Below, piece by piece: positions 12,239-22,620 of a stretch of 64,000 nt of DNA (position 1 is its first letter; each line of letters opens with the position of its first letter). A model generated the notes under the pieces. That model was given only the letters and a program-made list of their open reading frames with translations, did no database searches and was not told where the DNA came from. Origin of the DNA: an uncultured delta proteobacterium (lineage in GTDB: Bacteria; Desulfobacterota; Binatia; HRBIN30; BPIQ01); contig CAVXGR010000017.1 of assembly GCA_963761335.1 (NCBI GenBank), positions 160,001 through 224,000 of the forward strand, in the 5' to 3' direction. The translations under genes and the position numbers were made by a program.

Positions 12239-14773
12239 ATGCAGACTTCCGCCGCGGCGCCGCGTAAAGGCGACATTCGCCTTCCGCTTTTTGCGATCTT
12301 CTTCGCTTCGGGCTTCACCGGTCTCGTCTACGAGGTGCTGTGGCTGCGACAGCTGTCGCTGCTCTTTGGCAGCACCGCGCCGGCCGCGGCGACGACCCTG
12401 GCGGTGTTCTTCGCCGGCCTGTCGCTGGGAAGCTGGCTCCTGGGAGAACGGGCGGCACGCTCGCCGCGGCCGTTGCGTCTCTACGCCCTGCTCGAGGTCG
12501 GCGTCGCCGTGACCGCGGCGGCGTACTTCCTTCTTCTCGATCTCTACCACGCCGTCTATGCGCCGCTGTTTCGCACCTTCGAAGGGCATGTCGCCGCCTT
12601 CATCGCCGTGAAGGTGGCGCTGTCGGCAGGTGTGCTGTTGCCGCCGGCGATTCTCATGGGCGGCACCTTTCCGGTGCTCGGACAGCATCTGGTGCGGCGT
12701 CGCAGCGAGCTCGGCCGCGTCGCCAGCCTGCTCTATGCCGTCAACACTCTCGGTGGGGCCGCGGGGGCCCTGGCGGCTGGCTTCTGGCTTCCCGTGATCC
12801 TGGGCTTCAGGCGCTCGTATCTGATGGCGATGGGCTTCAGCATCGGGCTCGGCGCCGCCGCCGCCCTGGTCGACTGGTGGGAGGGGCGACGGGAACGGCC
12901 AGAGCCCGCCGCGGTCCCAGAGCCTTCGGAGAGCGACATTTCTCCACCTTCGCAGCGGGGCCTCCTCATCCTCGCCTTTCTCTCCGGCTTCGCGGCCCTG
13001 AGCGCAGAGGTTCTGTGGACGCGGATGTTCGCCCAGGTGCTGCACAACTCGGTGTACTCGTTCGCCATCATTCTGGTGACCTTTCTCACGGCGCTGGCCC
13101 TGGGCTCGGTGCTGACGCATTTTCTCAGCCGTTCGTCGCTGCGCGCCCGGCCGGCCCTGTTCTGGTTGTTGATGCTGGCGGGAATTGGCACCGGCGCGAG
13201 CCCGCTGCTCTTCTACTGGATCACGGGAGGGCTCGACTACGTCGCCGGCACGGCGCCCTGGCCGCAGTACGTGCTCGCCGTCTTCCGCACCGCGGCCGAG
13301 GTGATGTTCGTCCCCGGGGTGCTCATCGGCAGCGTGTTTCCTTTCCTGCTCAAGGTCGCGGAGGAGTCGGTGCAGAGCCCTGGGCGCGTCATCGGCCGCC
13401 TGGCGGCGGTGAACACCGCGGGCAGCATCGTCGGGTCCCTGTGTGCCGGCTTCGTATTGCTGAGCTGGCTGGGGCTGTGGGCGAGCCTGCGCACCGTGGC
13501 GCTCGTCTATTTTCTCGCCGCCTGGGCGCTCGCGGGACGAGAGGTGTCGAGCCGCGCCTGGGTTGGCGCCCTGCCGGCAGCCGCCCTGCTGATATTCGTC
13601 ACCTTCCTCGACCCGTCGCGGCTGCCGGTGGTGCGCGCTGGCGCACCCGGCGCCGAGTGCATCTATCAGGTGTGGGAGAGCTCCCAGGGGATCGTCGCCG
13701 TGGTGCGCGACGGCGACGACCTGCGCCTCAAGGTGGACAACTACTACTCGCTCGGCGGCACCGCGGCGCGCACCTACGAGGAGACGCAGGCGGACATTCC
13801 CATCGTCATTCACCCGCGGCCGCGATCCGCGTTCTTTCTCGGGCTCGGCACCGGCATCACCGCGGGGGCGGCACTGCGGCACCCGAGCATCGAGCGGGTC
13901 ACCACCTGCGAGCTGATCGCCGACGTGGCGGTCGCCACGCGGAAGTATTTCGGCAGCTACATCAATGGGCTGTTCGACGATCCGCGCTCCAAGGTGGTCA
14001 TCGAGGACGGCCGCAACTATCTTCTCGGAACCGCGGAGCGCTACGACGTCATTGTCTCCGATCTCTTCATTCCCTGGCAGCCGGGCGCCGGTAGCCTGTA
14101 CTCGAAGGAGCACTTCGAGGCGGTGCGGCGGCGCCTGAAACCCGGCGGGATATTCGCGCAATGGCTGCCGCTCTATCAGCTGTCGCGCCAGGAGTTCTTC
14201 ACCATCGCCCACACGATGCTGGACGTGTTTCCGCAAGTTACGCTGTGGCGGGGGGACTTCTTTCCGCAGAAGCCGATCGTTGCCCTCGTCGGCAGCGAGT
14301 CGGATCAGCCGCTCGACGCCGAGGCATTGGTGCGCAACTTCCGCAAGCGCCGCGGCGACGAGCACGCCTCGCGCGACGCGGTGATGGGTCTATCGGCGCT
14401 CTTCTACGCCGGCGACCTCGGCCGCAGCCGCGACCTGTTCGCCGGCTACCCGGTGAACACCGACGATCGGCCGCTCATCGAGTACTCGTCTCCAGTGACC
14501 CAGCGCGAGCACTGGGGCCGCGGCAAGCCGTGGTTCACCGGCCTCGATCTCGCAGCGCTGTACGAGACGCTGTTGGCGCGCACGCCGCCCGAGCAGGATC
14601 CCTACCTGCGCCAGCTGACCGCCGCGGAGCGCGGCTACGTACGCGCCGGCCTCGAGCTCTATCGGGCCAACGCCTACAAGAGCGCCGGCCGCGAGGATGA
14701 GTCGCATCGCTATGCGGAAGAGTTCGCCCGCCTGGTGCCCCCGGCGATCAGCAAGATGTTCCAGCCGAAGTAG
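12239..14773 (+). CDS. Fused MFS-like membrane domain / spermidine synthase-like methyltransferase
   Basis: FASGFTGLVYEVLW..LYAVNTLG repeats followed by LGLGTGIT, EDGRNYL, YDVIVSD. Confidence 0.88.
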   Translation: MQTSAAAPRKGDIRLPLFAIFFASGFTGLVYEVLWLRQLSLLFGSTAPAAATTLAVFFAGLSLGSWLLGERAARSPRPLRLYALLEVGVAVTAAAYFLLLDLYHAVYAPLFRTFEGHVAAFIAVKVALSAGVLLPPAILMGGTFPVLGQHLVRRRSELGRVASLLYAVNTLGGAAGALAAGFWLPVILGFRRSYLMAMGFSIGLGAAAALVDWWEGRRERPEPAAVPEPSESDISPPSQRGLLILAFLSGFAALSAEVLWTRMFAQVLHNSVYSFAIILVTFLTALALGSVLTHFLSRSSLRARPALFWLLMLAGIGTGASPLLFYWITGGLDYVAGTAPWPQYVLAVFRTAAEVMFVPGVLIGSVFPFLLKVAEESVQSPGRVIGRLAAVNTAGSIVGSLCAGFVLLSWLGLWASLRTVALVYFLAAWALAGREVSSRAWVGALPAAALLIFVTFLDPSRLPVVRAGAPGAECIYQVWESSQGIVAVVRDGDDLRLKVDNYYSLGGTAARTYEETQADIPIVIHPRPRSAFFLGLGTGITAGAALRHPSIERVTTCELIADVAVATRKYFGSYINGLFDDPRSKVVIEDGRNYLLGTAERYDVIVSDLFIPWQPGAGSLYSKEHFEAVRRRLKPGGIFAQWLPLYQLSRQEFFTIAHTMLDVFPQVTLWRGDFFPQKPIVALVGSESDQPLDAEALVRNFRKRRGDEHASRDAVMGLSALFYAGDLGRSRDLFAGYPVNTDDRPLIEYSSPVTQREHWGRGKPWFTGLDLAALYETLLARTPPEQDPYLRQLTAAERGYVRAGLELYRANAYKSAGREDESHRYAEEFARLVPPAISKMFQPK

Positions 14774-14829
14774 AAGCGCCGCCCCGGCGCTTTCTGAAGC
14801 GGCGAGACGCCGAGACGGCGCTTCTACTT
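14768..14829. repeat. GTAG-type REP doublet (AGTAGAAGCG...CGCTTCTACT)
   Basis: Terminal inverted repeat with internal hairpins; recurs at 18842 and 23722. Confidence 0.75.
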
Positions 14830-14899
14830 GGCCCGCCCACGTCCTTGACTCGCGGCAACCAGTCATCCAACTTCAGGGCCGCGAGAGGATGGGCTCGAG

Positions 14900-16054
14900 A
14901 TGGACTATTACAGCGAGGAGCAGGGCGCCTTTCAGAAGACGATTCGCGACTTCTTCGAGAGCGAGGTGAACCCCCATATCGACGAATGGGAGAAGGCCCG
15001 CATCTTTCCGGCGCACCAGGTCTTCAAGCGCTGCGGCGAGCTCGGCCTGTTGGGCATCACCTACGACGAGAAGTACGGCGGCTCCGGTCTCGATTACTGG
15101 TGGACCGCCGCCTACACCGAGGCGATGGCGGAGTCGTGCCGCTGCAACGGCATCCCCATGGCGATCATGGTGCAGACCGACATGTGCACGCCGGCGCTGC
15201 ACGACTTCGGCAGCGAGGAGCTGAAGGAGCGCTGGCTGCGGCCCTCGATCGCCGGCACGGCGGTGGGCGCCATCGGCGTCAGCGAGCCCTGTGCCGGTTC
15301 CGACGTCTTCTCCATCCAGACCACGGCGCGGCGTGACGGCGACTTCTACATCATCAACGGCAGCAAGATGTTCATCACTAACGGCACCCAGGCTGACTAC
15401 ATCACCACTCTGGTGAAGACGAACCCCGAGGCGGGGCATCACGGCTTCAGCCTCATCGTCGTGCCCACCGATACCCCGGGATTCTCGGTCGCCAACAAGC
15501 TCGAGAAGGTCGGCAATCACTCCTCCGACACCGCCGAGCTGCTCTTCGAGGACGTGCGCGTGCCGGTGAAGAACCGCATCGGCGACGAGGGGGCCGGCTT
15601 CATCTACCAGATGAGGCAGTTCCAGAAGGAGCGCATGGCCGCGGCGCTCAGTGCCGTCGCCGGCGCCCAGAAAATGCTCGAGCTGACCGTGCAGTACACC
15701 AAGGATCGCAAGGTGTTCGGCAAGCCGCTGTCGCTGAAGCAGCATGTGCAGTTCACCCTTGCCGAGCTGCAGACCGACATCGAGATGCTGCGGCAGCTCA
15801 ACTACCACTGCGTGCGCATGATCGTCGCCGGCCACGACTGCATTCGCGAGACGTCGATGGCGAAGCTCGCCGCCGGCCGCCTGGTGCGCAGCGTCGCCGA
15901 TTGGTGCGTGCAGTTCCACGGTGGCTACGGCTACATGGACGAGTTCTTCGTCTCCCGCTACTGGCGCGACTCGCGCCTGCTCAGCATCGGCGCCGGTGCC
16001 GACGAGGTGATGATGCAGATCATTGCCAAGCTCGAGGGGTACGGGGCCGTCTGA
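14900..16054 (+). CDS. Acyl-CoA dehydrogenase
   Basis: SEPCAGSD, NGSKMFITNG, DTAELLFEDV, QFHGGYGY, SIGAGADE. Confidence 0.93.
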   Translation: MDYYSEEQGAFQKTIRDFFESEVNPHIDEWEKARIFPAHQVFKRCGELGLLGITYDEKYGGSGLDYWWTAAYTEAMAESCRCNGIPMAIMVQTDMCTPALHDFGSEELKERWLRPSIAGTAVGAIGVSEPCAGSDVFSIQTTARRDGDFYIINGSKMFITNGTQADYITTLVKTNPEAGHHGFSLIVVPTDTPGFSVANKLEKVGNHSSDTAELLFEDVRVPVKNRIGDEGAGFIYQMRQFQKERMAAALSAVAGAQKMLELTVQYTKDRKVFGKPLSLKQHVQFTLAELQTDIEMLRQLNYHCVRMIVAGHDCIRETSMAKLAAGRLVRSVADWCVQFHGGYGYMDEFFVSRYWRDSRLLSIGAGADEVMMQIIAKLEGYGAV

Positions 16055-16071
16055 TTGGCGGAGCTGCCGGC

Positions 16072-16911
16072 GTGGACGACAAAGAGAACCGCCAAGGCGC
16101 CGAGGAGAGGGCGCCGAGGAGGACGTTTGATGCCGATCTGCTGCGCGGGCTGACGGCGCTGGTGACCGGGGGCGGGACCGGGCTCGGGAGAGTCATCGCC
16201 CAGACGCTCGCCGAGGCCGGCGCCGACCTGCTGCTGGCGGCGCGTCGCGTCGAGCTCCTGGAGCAGGCGGCCGAGGAGATCCGCGCCTCCACGGGGCGGC
16301 GCGTCGAGGTGGGCTTCGTCAACATCCGCGATCGCCAGGCGGTCGAGGCGCTCGCCGAGCGCGCCGCGTCGCTCTTCGGCGGCATCGACATCCTCATCAA
16401 CAATGCCGGCGGCCAGTATCCGCAGCGCGCCCGCGACTTCACTCCCAAGGGCTGGAACGCCGTCATCGACACCAATCTCACCGGCACCTGGAACATGACC
16501 CAGGTCTTCGGCAGCCGCATGCTCGACGGCCATGGCGGCAGCATCACCACGGTGATCGCCGTCATCGGGCGCGGCTTCCCCGGGCTGGCGCACACGGCGG
16601 CGGCGCGCGCCGGCGTTCTCGAGCTGACCCGCACGCTGGCGATCGAGTGGGGGCCGAGGGTCCGGCTCAACTGCGTCGCCCCGGGGCCGATCGAGACCGA
16701 AGGATTCAAGGCGACCTACGACCCGGAGATCAACAAGCTCTTCGAGGGGGCGCCGATGCCGCGCTTCGGCACTCGCCACGAGGTCGCCGACGCCGTCGTC
16801 TTCCTCGCCTCGCCGGCGGCGAGCTTCATCACCGGCGAGGTTCTCTACGTCGCCGGTGGCCAGCAGCTCTACGGTCGCAACCAGGCGCTGTTCGACGAGC
16901 AGCTCAAGTGA
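16072..16911 (+). CDS. Short-chain dehydrogenase/reductase (enoyl-CoA reductase-like)
   Basis: [28 protein letters not shown]; start (GTG 16072) uncertain. Confidence 0.88.
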   Translation: MDDKENRQGAEERAPRRTFDADLLRGLTALVTGGGTGLGRVIAQTLAEAGADLLLAARRVELLEQAAEEIRASTGRRVEVGFVNIRDRQAVEALAERAASLFGGIDILINNAGGQYPQRARDFTPKGWNAVIDTNLTGTWNMTQVFGSRMLDGHGGSITTVIAVIGRGFPGLAHTAAARAGVLELTRTLAIEWGPRVRLNCVAPGPIETEGFKATYDPEINKLFEGAPMPRFGTRHEVADAVVFLASPAASFITGEVLYVAGGQQLYGRNQALFDEQLK

Positions 16912-16921
16912 GGAGAGAGAC

Positions 16922-17923
16922 ATGACGGAGTCGACGGCGCTGGTCGCCTTCTGGAAGAGCTATGATCGCAAGGCCGTCCTGCGGCATGCGCAGCAGGCGG
17001 ACGAGCTCGGCTACGACTCCTTCTGGATTCCGGAGGCGTGGGGTTACGAGGCCTTCAGCCTGCTGACCGAGATCGCCGGACACACCAAGCGCATCAAGCT
17101 GGGAACCGGCATCGTCAACGTCTTCAGCCGCTCGCCCGGGCTCATGGCGATGCACGCCGCGACGCTCGACGAGATCTCCGAGGGCCGCTTCATCCTCGGG
17201 CTGGGCACGTCGGGGGCGCGGGTGATCGAGGGGTTCCACGGGGTTCCCTACCAGAAGCCGCTCACCCGCCTGCGCCAGTACATCCTTGTGGTGCAGACGC
17301 TGCTCGCCGGCCAGCGTCTCAGCGACGCCGGGGCCGATCTGTGGGACCTGCGCCACTTCAAGCTGGAGATGACGCCGGTGCGGCCGCGCGTGCCGATCTA
17401 CTGCGCCTGCCTCAACGATCGCGCCATCCGCATGGTGGGAGAGCTCGCCGACGGCTGGATGCCGACCTTCTGGCCGTACGACCAGCTCGACAAGGGCCGG
17501 GCCCTGATCGCCGAGGGCGCGGCGCGCAGCGGCCGCAATCCCGACGAGGTGATCACCGCGCCGTTCACCACCGTCATCCCCATGCCCGACCCGGAGGCGA
17601 GCTATCGCTCGGCGCGCGGCATCATCTCCTTCTACATCGGCGGCATGGGAGACTACTACCACGCCCTCCTGTGTCGCATGGGTTTTGCGGAGAACGCCGA
17701 CCGGGTGAAGCGGCTCTACGCCGAGAAGAAGCGCCTCGAGGCCGCCGAGGCGGTATCGCAGGAGATGCTCGAGGCGCTGGTGATCGCCGGCGACCCGCAG
17801 TCGTGCCGCACCCGCCTCGGGGAATGGCGCCGCAGCGGCGTTGGCCTGCCGATCCTGCTGCTGCCCACCGACATGGGCGCCGAGATCTGCTCCATGTTCA
17901 TCCAGATGATGGCGCCGGCCTAG
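16922..17923 (+). CDS. LLM-class flavin/F420-dependent oxidoreductase
   Basis: [29 protein letters not shown]. Confidence 0.88.
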   Translation: MTESTALVAFWKSYDRKAVLRHAQQADELGYDSFWIPEAWGYEAFSLLTEIAGHTKRIKLGTGIVNVFSRSPGLMAMHAATLDEISEGRFILGLGTSGARVIEGFHGVPYQKPLTRLRQYILVVQTLLAGQRLSDAGADLWDLRHFKLEMTPVRPRVPIYCACLNDRAIRMVGELADGWMPTFWPYDQLDKGRALIAEGAARSGRNPDEVITAPFTTVIPMPDPEASYRSARGIISFYIGGMGDYYHALLCRMGFAENADRVKRLYAEKKRLEAAEAVSQEMLEALVIAGDPQSCRTRLGEWRRSGVGLPILLLPTDMGAEICSMFIQMMAPA

Positions 17924-17962
17924 AGTAGAAGCGGCGTCCCGCCGCTTTCGGGGCGGGACGCC
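17924..17962. repeat. Partial GTAG-type REP between convergent genes
   Basis: AGTAGAAGCGGCGTCCCGCCGCTT. Confidence 0.6.
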
Positions 17963-17979
17963 GGGAATCTCTTCGCGAA

Positions 17980-18750
17980 TCACTCCGCCGGCGGCACGAG
18001 CGTCACCGTGTGCTCCGCGGAGTCGTCGAACCCCGGCGCGGTGAGCTTGTACGACATGCTCGCCTCGGCTGGGGGCGTCCCCTGCACCGCCAGCTGCCAT
18101 TCGCCGTGCTCGTGGAAGCCCGGCGCGGTGGTGCCGATCACGGCCGACTGCCCGACCTGATCGAGCGTGTCGTTCTCGATTTTGAGGCTCACCGCCGCGT
18201 CTAGGGCGGTGAGCTCGATGCTGAGCGGAATGCCGTCGCCGAGCGGATACAGCGACTCTTCCGGAATGGGATCGGTCACCGGCTCGAAGCCGAGCACGCC
18301 GCTGTACAGGGCGAAGCTGCACTGGTCGACCGTTCCCTCCAGGCAGGCGCTGAAGCTGACCGGAACCGAGGTGGCCGAGTCGCTGGCGATGGCGACGGCG
18401 CCACCGCCCGGCTGCGAGGAGCCGAACTCGATGTGGTCGTGATCGCCGCTCGGCGGTTCCGTGGCTGTCTCCGTGGCGCTGACGGCGGCAGTGGCCGTCT
18501 CCGTCTCCGTGGGCGTGGCCGTGGGAGTGGCCGCGGCCGGGGTCTCCGTCGACGCCGCCGGCGTCTCCGCGGCCGGCGTGCCGGTCGGCGGAGGCGGCAG
18601 CGTGTGGATCATGGTGGCCGCCGGCGTCGGCGTCGCCAGAGGGATCGGAACCGGGTTCTGGGCATCGCAGCCGACGCAGACGAGCGCCAGCATGACCACA
18701 CCGGTCATCCGGGCCGCATACTCCCCGATTCGGATCTCGGTATCTCTCAT
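17980..18750 (-). CDS. Putative lipoprotein with Pro/Thr linker and His-pair (HDH...HEH) domain
   Basis: Lipobox-like VGC, TPTATPT linker, C-terminal domain similar to the N-terminal domain of 18938-20443. Confidence 0.7.
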   Translation of the reverse strand: MRDTEIRIGEYAARMTGVVMLALVCVGCDAQNPVPIPLATPTPAATMIHTLPPPPTGTPAAETPAASTETPAAATPTATPTETETATAAVSATETATEPPSGDHDHIEFGSSQPGGGAVAIASDSATSVPVSFSACLEGTVDQCSFALYSGVLGFEPVTDPIPEESLYPLGDGIPLSIELTALDAAVSLKIENDTLDQVGQSAVIGTTAPGFHEHGEWQLAVQGTPPAEASMSYKLTAPGFDDSAEHTVTLVPPAE

Positions 18751-18814
18751 CGGTTCCCCTCCGTTCCGGCGCACTTGCCCGTTCCATATACGACGCCCCG
18801 CCTCACCGGCGAAA

Positions 18815-18831
18815 TGCGGCAAATTGTCGCA
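18815..18831. promoter_or_regulatory. Candidate RegA/PrrA-type binding site
   Basis: TGCGGC-AAATT-GTCGCA fits GCGGC-N5-GTCGC; 65 nt upstream of the lipoprotein start. Confidence 0.65.
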
Positions 18832-18841
18832 AGGGGGAAGC

Positions 18842-18891
18842 GTAGAAGCGCCGTCTCGGCGCTTCCCGAAGCGGCGAGACGCCGCTTCTAC
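18842..18891. repeat. GTAG-type REP doublet
   Basis: GTAGAAGCGCCGTCTCGGCGCTTC...GAAGCGGCGAGACGCCGCTTCTAC. Confidence 0.75.
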
Positions 18892-18937
18892 TTCTCGAGG
18901 GCCGGCGAAACAGGTGGCGAACTTCCAATTCGCGACG

Positions 18938-20443
18938 CTAGCTTGCAGGTTCGATCCGGAAGAACTTCTGCGTGCCGGGGCTCGGCTGGCCGGTCGAGAA
19001 GTCGATGCCGAGGTTGCGAAACATCGGATCGCAGTCGGTGTCATTGAAATTCGACTCACAGCCCGGCGGCGTGTCCGGCACGTTGCTGGAGAGATCGGAG
19101 TCGGCAAACAGCGCGGCGAGATCGGCGACCACCTCGCTCGACGACGGGTCGTAGCCGGTGAGCTCGATGTCGCCGCGGTTCGGATGCGAGCAGGAGGCCA
19201 CCGTGCGGCCATCTGGACCGTACGCACAGCCGGTGCTGCCAATGTGCAGGCGCAGGTTGTCGAGCGCCGTGTCGAGCAGGAAGAATCGGTATCCGGCCTG
19301 CCATCCCCAGCTCAGGCTCAGTATGTTGAGCGGCGAGGGCGCCGTGGTCGGGTCATTGTGGTTGAGGCTGAAGGGTACGCCCAGGGTGAAATGGAGGCCC
19401 TTGTAAGCGTAGGGGGGAGCCATGCCGCGGATGACGGTGTTCGTCTGCACCGTGCCGTTGCGGCAGGGTCCCGACTTGTCCTCGAAGTCGAGCAGGGCCA
19501 GGTCCTGGTACTGCCACAGGCCGTCCTGGTCCAGCGCCAGGGGCGTCTCGGTGCCGTCCGAGCGCACCAACCGCATATCCGATAGATAGAAGCGCAGGTC
19601 TGCGGGGATGACCTCGGTGTTGGCGGTGCCGAGCCCCTCATAGGTGCTGCCGCAGGCGAAGGGCTGGTCGCCGACGACGGCGCGGAAGGGGATCGTGATC
19701 GGCTCCGCTGGGCATCCGGTGGCGGGATACTGCTCGCCGAAGATGTATGCTGCGTCTGCGTAGCGATCGCACTCGCTGACGGCGGAGTCGTTGTCGATGT
19801 CCGGGCTGCAGGCGGGTCCCTTGCCGCCGGCGGCGCGGGCCACGGCGACCAGGTCGGCGGCGGTGGCGCTCTCGTCGCAGGTCGCATCGCCGTAGGCGAT
19901 GTTGGTGATGGTGGCGTCGTAGACCGGGGAGGCGCCGTAGGTCGGCGATTCGCTGGTCACGCGGAAGGAGAACGGGTAGTTGCCGTGCTCGCCCTCGGGG
20001 ATCTGCAGCTGCCAGCCCGGATGGTTGTGCAGCCCGGTCATGATCGTGGCGATGCGGGCGGCGTCGTTGGGCTTGCTCAGCACGGTGTCGTTCACCTTCA
20101 CCGAGGCGGCGGCGTCCATGGCGATGATCTCCATGCCGAGCGTCGTTCCCTCGTCGAGCGCGTAGAGCGGCTTGGTCGGATGATCGGTGTCGTAGGCGAA
20201 GAAGGCCGGATCGAGACCGTTGTAGAAGCACTGCTGCGAGGCGTCCTCCTGCGACTGGAAGCAGATGCTCTTGGTGACCAGGATGCGCTTGTGAAAGTCG
20301 AACTCGATTGCCAGATCGCCGCCGTCTTTCTCGGTCGACCAGAGAAACATGTGACTGTGGCCGGGGGGCGGCTGCAGCTGCGCCCCCGCCAGCGACGCGA
20401 AGGCAAGCGAGAGGAGGACGGCGCAGGGAATGGATCTTCTCAT
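18938..20443 (-). CDS. MbnP-family copper-binding protein with extra N-terminal His-pair and dockerin-like domains
   Basis: DLRFYLSD, LALLDFED..C, LGVPFSLNH, WGWQAGYRF (WxW motif), LHIGSTGC; adjacent to an MbnH-like gene. Confidence 0.82.
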   Translation of the reverse strand: MRRSIPCAVLLSLAFASLAGAQLQPPPGHSHMFLWSTEKDGGDLAIEFDFHKRILVTKSICFQSQEDASQQCFYNGLDPAFFAYDTDHPTKPLYALDEGTTLGMEIIAMDAAASVKVNDTVLSKPNDAARIATIMTGLHNHPGWQLQIPEGEHGNYPFSFRVTSESPTYGASPVYDATITNIAYGDATCDESATAADLVAVARAAGGKGPACSPDIDNDSAVSECDRYADAAYIFGEQYPATGCPAEPITIPFRAVVGDQPFACGSTYEGLGTANTEVIPADLRFYLSDMRLVRSDGTETPLALDQDGLWQYQDLALLDFEDKSGPCRNGTVQTNTVIRGMAPPYAYKGLHFTLGVPFSLNHNDPTTAPSPLNILSLSWGWQAGYRFFLLDTALDNLRLHIGSTGCAYGPDGRTVASCSHPNRGDIELTGYDPSSSEVVADLAALFADSDLSSNVPDTPPGCESNFNDTDCDPMFRNLGIDFSTGQPSPGTQKFFRIEPAS

Positions 20444-20462
20444 TGGAGCTCCGCTTCGGCCA

Positions 20463-21944
20463 CTACTGCCCGTCCGTGGCGAAGGGATCGCTGAACTTGG
20501 GGTTGGTGACGAACTCCTCGTCGGTCAGGCTCTTGAGGAAGTTCACCACGTCCTCGAGCTCCTGGGGCGACAACGAGAAGCCGATCATGAAGCCGCTCTT
20601 CAGCGGGCTCAGACTGCCATCGCCGGCATAGGGGCCGGAAGTAATGAGCCGCCCACCGTGGCCATATTGCTCGGTGATCACGTCCTCGAGAGTGGCGATG
20701 CTGCCGTCGTGCATGTAGGGGGCGGTGAGCTCGATGTTGCGCAGGGTCGGGGCCTTGAACCTCCCCATGTCGTCGGGCTTGCCGGTGATTGCCATGATCC
20801 CGGTGTTGTCGGGCGGATAGGCGCCGTTGCCGTCGATGTTGTAGAGCCCGGTGTTGTGGAAGTTGCTCTCCTGGAAGGGGCTGCCGGCGTGGCTGACCGA
20901 GTCGGTGAAATTGAAGCCGCCATGGCAGTGGAAGCACTCCATGCGCTCCGAGAAGAACAGATCCATGCCGCGCTTCGCCGAGTCGGACAGGGCCGCGTCG
21001 TCGAACTCGTACAGCCATCGATCGAAGGGCGAGTGGCCGGAGATGAGGGTACGCTCGAAAGTGCCGATGGCGCGAACCACGTTGCCGGTGGTGAACGGGT
21101 CGTCGTCGTCCGGGAAGGCCGCCGGGAACATGCTCTGATAGCGCTCGTCGTCGCGCAGGCGCGCCAGCATCTCGTCCTCGAGGCCGTCCAGGCCGAGCTC
21201 GACCGGGGACGTTCCGAACATCGGACCCAGTGCCTGCTGCGCGAAGGTGCTGAGCAGCGGGTTCGCCCAGGTGAGCGTGGTGGCGTAGGCGACGTTGGTC
21301 AGGCTCATGGAGTTGCGCGGGTGCGTCTGTCCGGTGGAGCCCATGGCGCGCGGTAGTCCGTCGGTGAAGGCCCGGGACTGTTGATGGCAGGAGGCACAGG
21401 AGAACGTCTCGTTGCCGGAGAGGCGCTTGTCGTAGAAGAGATAGCGCCCCAAGTCGACCTTGGCGTAGCTCATCGGGTTGTCCTCGGGCACATTCGGTAC
21501 CGGAAAGCCCTTGGGCAGGTCCCAGGTGAACGCCAGCGTCGGCACCGGGGTCGGCGTCAGGGTCCACGTCGCGGTTGCCGTCTCCGTCGCCGTTCCAGTC
21601 GGCGTGGGGGTCTCCGTCTCGGTAGCGGTCTCCGTCGCCGAGGCGCTTGCGGTCGCGGTGGGCGGTGCCGACGTGGCCGTCTCGGTCGGCGTCGCGGTGG
21701 CGGTCGCCGGTTGCGTGACGGTGTCCCTGGGCGTCGGCGTGATCGCGACCGGCGTCGATGTCGCGGGAATCGTCGCCGGTGCCGTCTGCGTCGGCCGCAC
21801 CGTTGCCGCCGTGCTGGCGGTTGGTGAGGCGGTGGCGACAATCGACAGCGGCTGCGGATCGGTGCTGTCGCAGCCGCCCAGGATCACTGCTCCGAGAGCC
21901 AGGAGGAGCAGGCCGACCGTCGGTCTCTGCGAGCCTAGAAGCAT
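20463..21944 (-). CDS. MbnH-like di-heme enzyme (bacterial cytochrome c peroxidase/MauG family), lipoprotein
   Basis: [42 protein letters not shown]; lipobox LGGC. Confidence 0.88.
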   Translation of the reverse strand: MLLGSQRPTVGLLLLALGAVILGGCDSTDPQPLSIVATASPTASTAATVRPTQTAPATIPATSTPVAITPTPRDTVTQPATATATPTETATSAPPTATASASATETATETETPTPTGTATETATATWTLTPTPVPTLAFTWDLPKGFPVPNVPEDNPMSYAKVDLGRYLFYDKRLSGNETFSCASCHQQSRAFTDGLPRAMGSTGQTHPRNSMSLTNVAYATTLTWANPLLSTFAQQALGPMFGTSPVELGLDGLEDEMLARLRDDERYQSMFPAAFPDDDDPFTTGNVVRAIGTFERTLISGHSPFDRWLYEFDDAALSDSAKRGMDLFFSERMECFHCHGGFNFTDSVSHAGSPFQESNFHNTGLYNIDGNGAYPPDNTGIMAITGKPDDMGRFKAPTLRNIELTAPYMHDGSIATLEDVITEQYGHGGRLITSGPYAGDGSLSPLKSGFMIGFSLSPQELEDVVNFLKSLTDEEFVTNPKFSDPFATDGQ

Positions 21945-21984
21945 CTACTTGACCCTGGAATGCTAGAGATCGAGGCACGAGCTG

Positions 21985-22620
21985 TCAATTCATGCGTGGC
22001 GAACGGTCGTGAGGTCGGTTATCCGGTTGCGCTGGATTCGAAGGACGGCGCGCCGGAGCCGCATTGCCAGCGTGGCCGGCGGCATCGGCGACCGTCTGCT
22101 CCAGCTCTTTCATCTCGTCCGGCTCGTATCCCTCTTCCACCCGGCGGATCACCCCATCGACCACCAGGTACAGGGTCGGCATCGCCTCGGTGCCGAAGCG
22201 GGAGGGAGTCGAGGCGTCGGGATCATAGAGGACGGTGAAGCGCGGCTTGGGGATGTGTTTCGCCAGAAACTCGTCGGCTCGGGCGCGGCTGTGGTCGATG
22301 TTGATGGCGATCACCTGGAGCTTGTCGGGGTAGCGGGCCGCCAGCGCATCGAGCGCCGGCAGGCCTTCGCCGCACAGGGCGCACCAGCTCGCCCAGAAGT
22401 CGATGATCACCACCCGGGCCGAGAGGCTCGCTGGAGAGACCATGCGGCCGCTGCGGTCCGGAAGGTGAAAGCTCGGAAGGGCATCGCCGGCGCCGAGCGA
22501 GCCGGCCCGGGCGTCGAGCGCCAGACAGGCGAGAGCGGCCACGACGAAGGCGCCCCCGGCGATGCGGGCGCGCGCGCCTGCGCCTCGCGTCGTGCTGCCG
22601 GCGCTTCTCAGAAGCGCCAT
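21985..22620 (-). CDS. TlpA-family thiol-disulfide oxidoreductase
   Basis: DFWASWCALC motif and N-terminal membrane anchor. Confidence 0.85.
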   Translation of the reverse strand: MALLRSAGSTTRGAGARARIAGGAFVVAALACLALDARAGSLGAGDALPSFHLPDRSGRMVSPASLSARVVIIDFWASWCALCGEGLPALDALAARYPDKLQVIAINIDHSRARADEFLAKHIPKPRFTVLYDPDASTPSRFGTEAMPTLYLVVDGVIRRVEEGYEPDEMKELEQTVADAAGHAGNAAPARRPSNPAQPDNRPHDRSPRMN

